A stretch of DNA of 64,000 nucleotides from Deltaproteobacteria bacterium (lineage in GTDB: Bacteria; Desulfobacterota; Binatia; HRBIN30; JACQVA1): NCBI GenBank assembly GCA_016178705.1, contig JACOST010000008.1:102069-166068 (forward strand), given 5' to 3'. Below, one piece after another: positions 19,187-31,205 of the stretch (its first letter is position 1; every line of letters starts with the position of its first letter). Under the pieces are notes generated by a model. That model saw nothing but the letters and a program-made list of their open reading frames with translations, searched no databases and had not been told where the DNA came from. Position numbers and translations under genes: made by a program.

Positions 19187-21273
19187 TAGGCTTTCGCGGC
19201 GCGCGCCGCCTCCGCTTCTTTGACGATCTTCTCGGTGAGGTGCGCCGGCACTTCGTCGTAGTGATCGAACCCGATCGTGAACGAACCCCGGCCACTCGTC
19301 ATCGAGCGCAGGTCGGCGGCGTACTTGAGCACTTCCGCCATCGGAACGAGCGCACGAATCACCTGTCCACCCGCTTTGGTGTCCACACCGAGCACCTTGC
19401 CGCGACAACTGTTGAGGTCACCGATGACGTCACCCATGCAATCGTCCGGCACGGCGATCTCCATGGTCATCACGGGTTCGAGCAGGATCGGCTTGGCCTG
19501 GCTCATCGCGGCCTTGAACCCGAGCGACGCGGCGATCTTGAACGCCATTTCCGAGGAATCGACGGCATGAAACGAACCGTCGTACAGCGTCGCGCGGACA
19601 TCGACCACCGGGTAATGCGCCAGAATGCCTTCGCCGAGCGCTTCGCGGATGCCCTTTTCCACTGCCGGAATGAATTGCCGCGGGACCACGCCGCCGACTA
19701 TAGCATCGACGAACTCGAAGCCGCTACCGCGCGGCAGCGACTCGACCTTGAGCCAGGTGTCGGCGAACTGTCCGCGACCGCCCGATTGTTTCTTGAGTTT
19801 GCCCTGCGCCTCGGCGCGGCCCTTGATCGTCTCGCGATACGGAACCTTGGGCGCCTTGAGAGTGACCTCTACACCATACTTGCGCTTGAGCTTCTCGACC
19901 GCCACCTCGATGTGCAGCTGTCCGACACCCGACAGGATGATCTCGCGCGTCTCCGCATCGCGCGTCACGTGCAGCGTGAGATCTTCCTCCATCATCTTGT
20001 GCAGCGCCAGGGTCGCCTTCTCTTCGTCGCCCTTCGACTTGGGTTCCACCGCGAAGGACATCGACGTGGGGATCTCGATCAAGCCGGGATACAGGATGGG
20101 CGCCTTTTCATCCGCCAACGTATCGCCCGATGCGGTTTCCTTGAGCTTTGGCACCGCAACGATCTCGCCCGCGATCGCGTACGCGATTGCTTGCTGCTTC
20201 TTGCCTTCGAGTTTGAACAAGTGGCCGAAGCGCTCCTTGGCGTCGCGGCTGACGTTGAGCACCGTCGCGTCGGCGTTGACCCGGCCCGACAACACGCGAA
20301 ACACCGAGAGCTTGCCGGCGAACGGATCGACGATGGTCTTGAACACCAGCGCGGAGAACGGCTCATCGATCGCCGGGCGACGGCTGATCGGTTCGCGTAT
20401 TTTGGGATCGCGGCCCTCGGCCTCGCCCCGATCGGCGGGTGACGGCAAGTACGAAACGATCGCGTCGAGCAACGGGGGAATGCCGATGTTCTTCGCCGAC
20501 GAACCGCACAACACCGGCACCAGTTTGCCCGCGACCGTACCCACGTGCAGGGCGTGTTGGATCTCCTCGGTGGTCAACGCGCCCGCGTCGAGATATTTTT
20601 CGAGCAACTCATCGTCGGCTTCCGCCACCAGTTCCATGAGCTGCTCGCGCGCCGCCTTGGCGTCGGCCTGCATGTCGGCGGGAATCGGCTCCTCCGCCAT
20701 CGTGCCGTTCTCCTTCGCCACCAGCGCACGCATACCGACGAGGTCGATCACACCGCGAAACGTCTCCGCGGCGCCGAGCGGCAATTGAATCGGCACCGCC
20801 TTCGCACCGAGGATCGTCTTGAGATCGTCGACCGCCGCTGCGAAGTCGGCACGTTCACGATCCATCTTGGTCACAAACGCGATGCGCCCGAGTTGCAACT
20901 GATCGGCACGCTGCCACAGATTCTCGGCTTCGACTTTGATCTCGCCGTGCGCCGCAGCCAACACGAACACCAACCCGCTGGCGGCGCACATGCACGCCAG
21001 GGCGTCGGGGACGAAGTTGGCGTAGCCCGGCATGTCGAGCAGCGTGACATCGTGCTTACGCCAGGTCAGGTGATGAAACGCGGTGGTCAGTGTGAGTTGT
21101 CGACGCACTTCCTCCGGCTCGTGGCCGAAGGCGGAGGTGCCGTCATCGAGCCGCCCGATGCGTGTCGTGGCGCCGCCATCGAACAGCATGGTTTCTCCGA
21201 GGGCGGTCTTGCCGACACCGCCCTGACCAACAATGCCAAGGTTGCGAATCGATCCAACGTCCTCGACGGGCAT
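19186..21273 (-). CDS. Elongation factor G paralog (EF-G-like GTPase) with non-canonical G motifs
   Basis: 695 aa with the full five-domain EF-G architecture. The P-loop is GQGGVGKT (canonical AHIDAGKT), G3 is DMPGYANF (canonical DTPGHVDF, so Tyr replaces the catalytic His) and G4 is TKMD. Confidence 0.8.
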   Translation of the reverse strand: MPVEDVGSIRNLGIVGQGGVGKTALGETMLFDGGATTRIGRLDDGTSAFGHEPEEVRRQLTLTTAFHHLTWRKHDVTLLDMPGYANFVPDALACMCAASGLVFVLAAAHGEIKVEAENLWQRADQLQLGRIAFVTKMDRERADFAAAVDDLKTILGAKAVPIQLPLGAAETFRGVIDLVGMRALVAKENGTMAEEPIPADMQADAKAAREQLMELVAEADDELLEKYLDAGALTTEEIQHALHVGTVAGKLVPVLCGSSAKNIGIPPLLDAIVSYLPSPADRGEAEGRDPKIREPISRRPAIDEPFSALVFKTIVDPFAGKLSVFRVLSGRVNADATVLNVSRDAKERFGHLFKLEGKKQQAIAYAIAGEIVAVPKLKETASGDTLADEKAPILYPGLIEIPTSMSFAVEPKSKGDEEKATLALHKMMEEDLTLHVTRDAETREIILSGVGQLHIEVAVEKLKRKYGVEVTLKAPKVPYRETIKGRAEAQGKLKKQSGGRGQFADTWLKVESLPRGSGFEFVDAIVGGVVPRQFIPAVEKGIREALGEGILAHYPVVDVRATLYDGSFHAVDSSEMAFKIAASLGFKAAMSQAKPILLEPVMTMEIAVPDDCMGDVIGDLNSCRGKVLGVDTKAGGQVIRALVPMAEVLKYAADLRSMTSGRGSFTIGFDHYDEVPAHLTEKIVKEAEAARAAKA

Positions 21274-21285
21274 AGTCCCTCCAAG

Positions 21286-22053
21286 TCAGTTTCCGACACG
21301 ATTGCGTTCAAAAATCAGCCGCAGACCTTCCAGCGTGAGAAACTCGTCCACCTCTTCGATGGTTTCCGATTCCGGCGCCAACAGACCGGCGAAGCCGCCC
21401 GTCGCGATCACACGCCCACGCACGCCCTGTTCTTTCCGAATCCGCTCTACCAAGCCATCGACCATCGCCACATAGCCATAGATCAAACCGGATTGAATGG
21501 CATTCACCGTATTGCGCCCGACCACGTGCTTGGGCTTGGCCAACTCGACCCGGTAAAGCTTGGCGGCGCGCTCGAACAACGCCTCGCTGGCGATGCCCAA
21601 CCCCGGCGCGATGATGCCGCCGACGTACTCGCCCTTCTCCGAAATGTAGTCGAAGATCGTCGCGGTACTGAAATCCACGACGATGGTGGTGGTCCGCGTG
21701 CGCTCGAACGCGGCGATGGCGTTGACGATGCGGTCGGCACCGACTTCGCGCGGGTTGTCGTAGAGAATCGGCATGCCGGTCTTGACGCCAGGCCCGATGA
21801 ACAGCGGCGCCGTGCCGAGGTAGTCGCGGCACATTGCCTCGATCACACCCGTCATCGCCGGCACCACGCACGACACAGCGATGCCCGCGACCTGCGGTCC
21901 GAACTCCGCGCCGAGCAAGCCGCGGACGAGGAAACCGTATTCGTCGGCGGTTCGTTCCACGTCGGTCATCACCCGCCAATGCCGCCGCAAGCGCCTGCCC
22001 TCGTACAGTCCGAGCAGAGTCTGCGTGTTGCTTACGTCGATGGCCAGAAACAT
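21286..22053 (-). CDS. coaX: Type III pantothenate kinase, copy 1
   Basis: MFLAIDVSNTQTLLGLYEG... with the acetate/sugar kinase fold motifs of the CoaX family. Confidence 0.8.
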   Translation of the reverse strand: MFLAIDVSNTQTLLGLYEGRRLRRHWRVMTDVERTADEYGFLVRGLLGAEFGPQVAGIAVSCVVPAMTGVIEAMCRDYLGTAPLFIGPGVKTGMPILYDNPREVGADRIVNAIAAFERTRTTTIVVDFSTATIFDYISEKGEYVGGIIAPGLGIASEALFERAAKLYRVELAKPKHVVGRNTVNAIQSGLIYGYVAMVDGLVERIRKEQGVRGRVIATGGFAGLLAPESETIEEVDEFLTLEGLRLIFERNRVGN

Positions 22054-22070
22054 GGGCGCGGCTCCACTCC

Positions 22071-22835
22071 TCAGTTCATCGCGTTGCGCTTGTAGATCAG
22101 CCGAATGCCATCGAGGGTGAGGAACTCGTCGACTTCGTCAATGGTCGCCGATGCGGGCGCGAGCAAACTCGAGAACCCGCCGGTCGCGATGATGCGGGCC
22201 GTAACGCCGCACTCGCGCTGAATGCGCGCGACCAGTCCGTCGATCATCGCCACGTAGCCGTAGAACAGTCCCGATTGAATCGCGGTCATCGTGTTGCGGC
22301 CGACGACCTGCGATGGCTGGCTCAGCTCGACCCGCGAGAGCAGCGCGGCGCGGGCGAACAGCGCGTCACTCGCGATGCCGACGCCCGGGGCGATGACTCC
22401 GCCGATGTACTCGCCGTCGGCCGAGATGTATTCGAACTTGGTCGCCGTGCCGAGATCGACCACGATGGTAGCAGCGTGTGTCCGCTCGTAGGCCGCGACC
22501 GCGTTCACGATGCGGTCGGCGCCGAGTTGGCGCGGGTCGTCGTACAGGATCGCCATACCGGTCTTGATGCCGGGCCCGACGAAGAGCGGCGCCAGCCCCA
22601 AGTAGTCGTGGCACACGGTGGCGATCGTTCCAGTCATCGCCGGCACCACCGAAGCCACCGCGACGCCGGCGAGGCCGCTCCCGGTCGATTCGCCGAGCAG
22701 ACTGCGCAACAGAAACCCGTACTCATCGGCGGTGCGCGCGGGCTCGGTGACCAACCGCCAGTGGCGCTGCAACCGCGCACCGTCGTAGAGCCCGAGCACC
22801 GTGTTCGAGTTGCCGATGTCGATGGCGAGCATCAT
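22071..22835 (-). CDS. coaX: Type III pantothenate kinase, copy 2 (tandem paralog, about 70% aa identity to copy 1)
   Basis: MMLAIDIGNSNTVLGLYDG... ATG at 22835; the upstream extension in the track is rejected. Confidence 0.75.
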   Translation of the reverse strand: MMLAIDIGNSNTVLGLYDGARLQRHWRLVTEPARTADEYGFLLRSLLGESTGSGLAGVAVASVVPAMTGTIATVCHDYLGLAPLFVGPGIKTGMAILYDDPRQLGADRIVNAVAAYERTHAATIVVDLGTATKFEYISADGEYIGGVIAPGVGIASDALFARAALLSRVELSQPSQVVGRNTMTAIQSGLFYGYVAMIDGLVARIQRECGVTARIIATGGFSSLLAPASATIDEVDEFLTLDGIRLIYKRNAMN

Positions 22836-22842
22836 GGCTGAC

Positions 22843-23676
22843 TTAGTCGGTCCTCGCCTCTCGCAATTGATCGTAGCCACCCAACACGGTCACGTCGCCC
22901 GCCACCACGCGGCACTCGCGGCCATCGGCGCCACGCACGCGCAAGGCTCCATCATCGGCCAAGCCCAGCGCGACCCCCTCGATACGTTCCGACTTTCCAT
23001 GCACATCGCTCTGCACCACAATCGGCTGGTCCGTCAAACACGAGAAGCGCTCCCATTCGGGCGCCAACGTCGCAAACCCATCGCGCTGCCATTGATCGTA
23101 GCGTGCCTCGCAGCGGTTCAACAGCCGCGCCGTGAAGCGTGCGCGATCGATCGCCGCGCCGGTGATCATCGACAGCGAGGTGGCGATGCCGCGCACCGCG
23201 GGTGGAAAATCCTCGGGCGCGCTGTTGAGGTTGACACCGATGCCGGGGATGACGAAACGGACGCCGGACTCGTCCGCCACCATCTCGGTGAGAATGCCCG
23301 CCAGCTTGCGCCCGCCGCTGACCAGATCGTTCGGCCATTTGATCGCGACGTTCGATGTCCACTCGCGGACGGTCTCGGCGGCGGCGAGACCCACAACCAA
23401 GGTGAGCTGTGGAATCACTTCGGACGGCAGCCTCGGCCGCAACACCAACGACAGATAGAGATTGCGCTGCGGCGGCGACACCCACTGCCGGCCCAGCCGT
23501 CCACGCCCGCGGCGTTGACTCTCCGCGATCACCACGGTGCCCTCTTCCGCGCCCGCCTCGGCCAACTCGCGCGCGGTTGTGTTGGTCGAGTCGACCTCCT
23601 CGAACACGTGCAGGCGGCGACCGAAGCGCCGCGTCGTCAGGTGCGGCTCGATGTCGGTGGCCTGCATGCCATTCAC
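22843..23676 (-). CDS. birA: Biotin--[acetyl-CoA-carboxylase] ligase BirA (no obvious N-terminal HTH)
   Basis: ...ESQRRGRGRLGRQWVSPP... is the GRGRxGRxW BirA motif. Classic birA-coaX adjacency. Confidence 0.8.
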   Translation of the reverse strand: MNGMQATDIEPHLTTRRFGRRLHVFEEVDSTNTTARELAEAGAEEGTVVIAESQRRGRGRLGRQWVSPPQRNLYLSLVLRPRLPSEVIPQLTLVVGLAAAETVREWTSNVAIKWPNDLVSGGRKLAGILTEMVADESGVRFVIPGIGVNLNSAPEDFPPAVRGIATSLSMITGAAIDRARFTARLLNRCEARYDQWQRDGFATLAPEWERFSCLTDQPIVVQSDVHGKSERIEGVALGLADDGALRVRGADGRECRVVAGDVTVLGGYDQLREARTD

Positions 23677-24548
23677 CCCGCGCCTCTTCCAGAAAGAGTA
23701 GGGGGAGAGATCTTCATGCTGAAGTCGAACGCGGCGGCGGAATGCGTCAGCGCGCCGACCGAAATCAGATCGACCCCCGCGGCGGCGACTGCCCGCACGC
23801 GTCCGAGAGTCATGTTGCCCGACGCTTCAACCAGCGCGAGGCCGCCGATCTGCTTCACCGCAGCGGTGGTCATCGCCACGTCCATGTTGTCGAGCAAGAT
23901 GCAGTCGGCGCCGGCCGCCAACGCCTCTTCGACTTGTTCGAGCGTGCCGCACTCGATCTCGATCTTGAGCGTGTGCGGCGCGCCGGCGCGCGCACGCTCG
24001 ACCGCCGCGGCGACTCCGCCGGCGGCGGCGATGTGATTGTCTTTGATCAGAATGCCGTCGGAGAGATTGAAGCGATGATTGCCGCCGCCACCGACGCGCA
24101 CCGCATATTTCTCCAGCAGGCGCAGACCCGGCAGCGTTTTGCGCGTGTCGACAATGCGGCAACGCGTGCCGTCTACCGCTTGCACAAACGCGTTGGTGAG
24201 CGTGGCGATGCCCGAGAGGTGCTGCAAGAGATTGAGCGCAACCCGTTCACCGTTCAGCAACGCGCGAGTCTTGCCGCTCAGCGCCGCCACCACCGCGCTC
24301 TCTTCGAGCGGATCGCCGTCCTGATAGTGCGGCTCGATCCTTACATCGCCGAGGACATCGTAGACGCGCTGCACGAGCGGCAAGCCGGCGAGCAATCCGC
24401 CCTGCTTGGCAATGATGTACGCGGTCGAACGGCTATTCGCGGCGACGGTGAGCGCCGTAGTTACATCGCCGGAACCGAGGTCTTCCGTCAACGCGGCTCT
24501 GACTAAGTCGACAACGGCAGGCAGGCTGAGCACGTCGTCCATCAACAA
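23673..24548 (-). CDS. nadC: Nicotinate-nucleotide pyrophosphorylase (quinolinate phosphoribosyltransferase)
   Basis: 291 aa with the QPRTase family core (...LLDNMDVAMT...). Confidence 0.85.
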   Translation of the reverse strand: MLMDDVLSLPAVVDLVRAALTEDLGSGDVTTALTVAANSRSTAYIIAKQGGLLAGLPLVQRVYDVLGDVRIEPHYQDGDPLEESAVVAALSGKTRALLNGERVALNLLQHLSGIATLTNAFVQAVDGTRCRIVDTRKTLPGLRLLEKYAVRVGGGGNHRFNLSDGILIKDNHIAAAGGVAAAVERARAGAPHTLKIEIECGTLEQVEEALAAGADCILLDNMDVAMTTAAVKQIGGLALVEASGNMTLGRVRAVAAAGVDLISVGALTHSAAAFDFSMKISPPTLSGRGAG

Positions 24549-24554
24549 GTCCGT

Positions 24555-27221
<2,667 letters not shown>

Positions 27222-27285
27222 GGGCGAAACAGATGCGTGCTGTCGCTACCGGAATCGAGTGCGCTGAGCAAGTGATGGTAGGCAG

Positions 27286-27370
27286 CTTCTGGTCTGTGGT
27301 TTCTGGTTTCTGGTCTGTGGTTTCTGGTCTCTGGCTTTCAGCTTTCGGCTTTCCGCTTTCAACTTCTTCC
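27286..27370. repeat. Tandem array with 7-nt period (ctggtct/gtggttt/ctggctt units, about 12 units)
   Basis: cttctggtctgtggtttctggtttctggtctgtggtttctggtctctggctttcagctttcggctttccgctttc, read directly from the sequence upstream of valS. Confidence 0.8.
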
Positions 27371-27443
27371 CTGCCTAGGTAGTGTCTCAGTTTGAAAATT
27401 CAACGGGCTTGGAACGACCCGGCAATCGTGCGATCTTGTCCGC

Positions 27444-27674
27444 ATGCCGAAGGGACCGCAAGGCCAGCGCAGACCCGCCGACGTGATCGGCAACGCGGTC
27501 CACGTGATGCGGATTGCGACCGGCGAGATTGAGGATACGCCACGCGACCCCGGCAAAGAGTACATGCGCAAGGGTGGGCTGAAGGGCGGGAAGGCGCGGG
27601 CGGCGACGCTCAGCAAGAAACGGCGGACGCAGATTGCAAAAAATGCCGCTCGGGCACGATGGGAGAAACCGTGA
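27444..27674 (+). CDS. Small basic conserved hypothetical protein (76 aa)
   Basis: MPKGPQGQRRPADVIGNAVHVMRIATGEIED...KGGLKGGKARAATLSKKRRTQIAKNAARARW. I recognise this as a widespread small-protein family of unknown function but cannot name it. Confidence 0.35.
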   Translation: MPKGPQGQRRPADVIGNAVHVMRIATGEIEDTPRDPGKEYMRKGGLKGGKARAATLSKKRRTQIAKNAARARWEKP

Positions 27675-27730
27675 ACCAAAACAAACAACGAAATTGCGGC
27701 GTGGTAGGCAACTTGCTGTCGTCTCCGAAC

Positions 27731-27961
27731 ATGGCGGATACAGTCGAACGAGTCGTTCTCTTGGCCGAGATCGAAAAGGGCCTCCGGAGTCGCGTTGCTG
27801 GAATTGACGGATGGCTGGCTGAAATTGGTAGCTCCTGTAAAACGGACCAGCGTCATTGCGAAGAGGGGACGGTCGAGCGCGCCTATTGGCACTACGGCTA
27901 TGCCGTAGCGATCAAGGACGTGCTCGACCTCCTTCAGTCAGCGGCGATGCCGATCAACTAA
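27731..27961 (+). CDS. Hypothetical protein
   Basis: ORF MADTVERVVLLAEIEKGL... with no recognisable motif. Confidence 0.2.
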   Translation: MADTVERVVLLAEIEKGLRSRVAGIDGWLAEIGSSCKTDQRHCEEGTVERAYWHYGYAVAIKDVLDLLQSAAMPIN

Positions 27962-28365
27962 GCACCACACGCCGGGCAGTGGTTCCAGGCGTAAGGCTTC
28001 GCCGGATGGATCTCGTTGTCCAGCCGCCCCTGCGCACCACCGAATGCATGGTAGAGGAGGCATTCCTTTTCGTAAGCGGCCGTTGCATTAGGAAAGTGGC
28101 CGTACATGAAGTACCGGTATTTGCCGATCCAATCCTTCAGACGGCCGTTCAAGTCGTCGTCGGATCGTCCGGCATAGCGAATGGTCAGCGAGTTATCGGG
28201 AAGGAGCACATCACCAAGAAGATAAGCGCCGATCGACCTGCTGACGTTCGCATCAATTTCTGAGCGTGTCAGGCTAAAGATTCCGGAAAGACCAGTTGCA
28301 ATTGCCATTGCAAACCTCATCATCTGCGGTTCGTGACCGCCGTAAAGGACTTGCCAGGAATTCAT
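27958..28365 (-). CDS. Hypothetical protein, weak GIY-YIG-nuclease-like motif spacing, C-terminal CxxC
   Basis: GIFSL...AYLLG...R...YRYFMYGHF...AYEKECLLYHAF...N and a C-terminal NHCPACGA. The resemblance to GIY-YIG is by eye only. Co-oriented and immediately downstream of the HTH-HATPase-STAS gene. Confidence 0.25.
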   Translation of the reverse strand: MNSWQVLYGGHEPQMMRFAMAIATGLSGIFSLTRSEIDANVSRSIGAYLLGDVLLPDNSLTIRYAGRSDDDLNGRLKDWIGKYRYFMYGHFPNATAAYEKECLLYHAFGGAQGRLDNEIHPAKPYAWNHCPACGA

Positions 28366-28524
28366 GGACTCGCTAAGAAGGCTTCTGCTCGGCTAATTCT
28401 GGCAAACCCGAGTTGATACCACCGACAAGGCCGCTGCGTGGGGCAGCGGCCTTGTCGCCTTGATGGGACTGAATCTTCTTGTACGGCACTTCCAGATAAG
28501 CGTCCTCCCTTCCCCTTCTGCACT

Positions 28525-29652
28525 CTAAGCTATTTCCGTCTCCCCCTTTGGGCGCGGTCCTTCGCCATTCTCGCTCAGTGGCGTCATGCCGGGCAGAAAT
28601 GGTGTTTCGGTATTGCCGCCGTCGCTCTTGACGTGCAGAATCATTCGCACCACGTCGGAACTAGCGTTCACTTGCCAGATGTGAATGTCTGGATGCTCGC
28701 GGGCGAACACTCGAAATATCTCGTCAGCGAATCCCTGGCCAATACTTTCAACCCCAGAGAAGTCGAGAACGACCTCCCTAAAGTGGTCAACCCGCTTGAG
28801 GAGTCGGCGCGCCTGCGATCGAGAAACCAGCATCTCGCCGTCATGCTGAGCAAGGCTTGCGACCAAGTGGGTGCGCGTAAACCCGTAGTGGTCGGTGCTC
28901 GGCGCAAATTGGTTGAACACTTCCAACGCTGTTCGCAGCGACAGAGGATGGATGGTCATGTGGACATGGGTCCCTGCCGCTGGGGCCGGGTCTATCTCTA
29001 ACAGCCAGTCCTTTTCGTCACGGTGCGCGAAGTACAACTGGGCCGACATGATGCCGAACAGATCGAACATCCTGGAAGTAAAAAAGATGCCTTCGCCACT
29101 GTGGTGGGCATGGTCGGTTGTGAGTTTTCCCTTTGAGAGTTCCAATACAGCGTGTCGCGGATCATCAAGTCCGAAGGCCCTTTGGAGCTTGGCGAAGATT
29201 CCGACGCCGTGGTCGACGACGGTCAGCCCGATCGCTGCGGCCGTGCGGCTGATACCAACGACAAATGCGGGAGACTCTGAATGCACGATCGCGTTGTTCA
29301 CGATTTCCGTGATCCCGTGTTGACAAATGGTTCGCACGTTTGCCGGTACGTCCTTCAGGTGCGGTAGAATCTCATTTCGCCATACCTCATCTTCGTTGAC
29401 GCCAGGACCGATCTCTCGTCGTGCGACATGGTTCACCAGTTGGGCGAGACAATACGATCTGCCCTTTGTATCTCCATTGGGAATGAGCCAACCCATCTGG
29501 ACAAGATCATGTAGGTGGCGATGTACTGCCTGCCGACTCACATCGAAGTGTTCCGCAGTCACTCTGGCGATGTCACCAGGATGGGCCGCGACATTGTCCA
29601 CAATCCACCGCTGCATGGACTCCTGCTCTGACATGGCCGTATTTGAAACCAT
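28525..29652 (-). CDS. HTH – GHKL (HATPase_c, RsbW/SpoIIAB-like) – STAS-like (DUF4325) fusion protein
   Basis: N-terminal wHTH (DIARVTAEHFDVSRQAVHRHLHDL). GHKL N-box ITEIVNNAIVHS, G1 VVDHGVGIF, G2 HHSGEGIFF. C-terminal VVLDFSGVESIGQGFADEIFRVF...VNASSDVVRMI matches the DUF4325 consensus. Confidence 0.55.
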   Translation of the reverse strand: MVSNTAMSEQESMQRWIVDNVAAHPGDIARVTAEHFDVSRQAVHRHLHDLVQMGWLIPNGDTKGRSYCLAQLVNHVARREIGPGVNEDEVWRNEILPHLKDVPANVRTICQHGITEIVNNAIVHSESPAFVVGISRTAAAIGLTVVDHGVGIFAKLQRAFGLDDPRHAVLELSKGKLTTDHAHHSGEGIFFTSRMFDLFGIMSAQLYFAHRDEKDWLLEIDPAPAAGTHVHMTIHPLSLRTALEVFNQFAPSTDHYGFTRTHLVASLAQHDGEMLVSRSQARRLLKRVDHFREVVLDFSGVESIGQGFADEIFRVFAREHPDIHIWQVNASSDVVRMILHVKSDGGNTETPFLPGMTPLSENGEGPRPKGETEIA

Positions 29653-29797
29653 GATCGCGCGTTTGTCAACCTACACGCTTTGATTTGGCAACGGGACATG
29701 GTAGATTTGCGCCGTTCTTCGGTTTTTGGTGGTAACGATGGCTCCAAATAGTCAATTGATGCTTGACACTCAAGCAAAAATATCATATACTCCGGGC

Positions 29798-30652
29798 ATG
29801 AACAGATTGCCCCTAGCCAAGCGCGCCCAAATCCTCTCGCTGCTCTGTGAAGGTTCGTCGATGCGCTCAGTGTCGCGGCTCGTGGACGTGTCGATCAACA
29901 CCGTCACCCGCGAGCTGATCCTTGCCGGCCAGGCATGCACGGCATTCCACGATCAGGTGGTGCGCAACGTGAACTCCAAGCGCATTCAGTGTGATGAGAT
30001 TTGGTCGTTCTGCTACTCCAAGGCGAAAAACGTCCCGGAAGAGAAGCGAGGGAAGTTCGGGTACGGCGACGTGTGGACGTGGACGGCAATCGACGCCGAT
30101 TCCAAGCTCTGTCTTTCGTGGTTTCTTGGCGGACGCGATGCGGGCGCGGCCTACTACTTCATGATGGACCTATCGGAACGCCTCACGTCGCGCGTGCAAC
30201 TCACGACCGACGGGCACAAGACGTACCTCAGCGCCGTTGAATCCGCGTTTGGCATCGGGATCGACTATGCGATGCTGGTGAAGATTTACGGCGCATCGCC
30301 CGAGGGCGAAACGCGCTACAGCCCAGCGGTCTGCATCGGCACCGAACGCCACGCGGTCACGGGCGACCCGGACCCCGAGCACATTTCAACGAGCTACGTG
30401 GAACGCTCAAACCTCACGATGCGGATGCACATGCGCCGCTTTACTCGCCTCACCAACGCCTTCTCGAAGAAGATCGAGAACCACGGCCACATGGTTGCGC
30501 TCTATACGGTCTGGTACAACTTCGTGAGAATCCACAAGACGCTGCGGATGAGTCCGGCGATGGCTGCTGGTGTTACGTCGGCCCTCTTGTCGATGGAAAA
30601 CGTGGTCGAGATGGTCGATCAGTGGGAAGCGGCGAAAAAGACCGCGACGTGA
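29798..30652 (+). mobile_element. IS1-family transposase (single-ORF form with HTH + DDE)
   Basis: CDEIWSF...TTDGHKTY...ERSNLTMRMHMRRFTRLTNAFSKKIENH parallels E. coli IS1 InsB (DEQWGY...TDGWPLY...[28 protein letters not shown]). There is an AT-rich stretch just upstream (29770-29795). Terminal inverted repeats are not defined. Confidence 0.7.
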
Positions 30653-30669
30653 TAGAGACCAAAGCCGCA

Positions 30670-31119
30670 ATGGAAACAGAGGACAACCCACCACCGCGCG
30701 CCAGCGTGAACTACCGACGCGGCCTAACACGCTTGTATGTTGTGATCTCGGCCCTCTGGATTGCATTTGTCCTAGTCGGCGTGCCGTGGTGGGCACGTGA
30801 TACATGGATACGGAACGCTAGCGTGGCTTTGGAGCAGAAAAAGCAGGAGATGTCCTCCCGCGACGCGGCCCTGAAGAAGTCCCCGATCGACCAACGCGAA
30901 GCGGATGAGCATCAACGCCTCGCCGACGAACATCAGCGTGACGCCGAGTGGTTCCGGCAGCACGCAGACAACTGGTGGTCAGAAACCTGGCTTGCCCCGC
31001 GCCTGTTGTCGCTTTGGGCAATCGCCCTCGGCGCAATACCAATAGCTCTCTATGGCATTCTCTACGCACTGATTTCGGGACTGGACTGGGCCAAGCGCGG
31101 CTTCAGAAATTCAAACTGA
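30670..31119 (+). CDS. Hypothetical membrane protein (2 TM helices)
   Basis: Hydrophobic segments LYVVISALWIAFVLVGVPWW and LLSLWAIALGAIPIALYGILYALI. No other motif. Confidence 0.3.
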   Translation: METEDNPPPRASVNYRRGLTRLYVVISALWIAFVLVGVPWWARDTWIRNASVALEQKKQEMSSRDAALKKSPIDQREADEHQRLADEHQRDAEWFRQHADNWWSETWLAPRLLSLWAIALGAIPIALYGILYALISGLDWAKRGFRNSN

Positions 31120-31205
31120 GACACTACCCCTGCCTACTGTCCCTTGACCGTGTCGCAGCGGGAAGCTATCACCGTCGCGCGCTAGCCGACAGTGTTCACA
31201 CCCAT

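Noticed and set aside
28400-28480. Perfect 10-bp stem hairpin aaggccgctg-cgtgggg-cagcggcctt between the HATPase-STAS gene and the 135-aa ORF as a terminator
   Set aside because: No U-tract on either strand. It is more likely an intercistronic stem-loop, so it is not called as a terminator.
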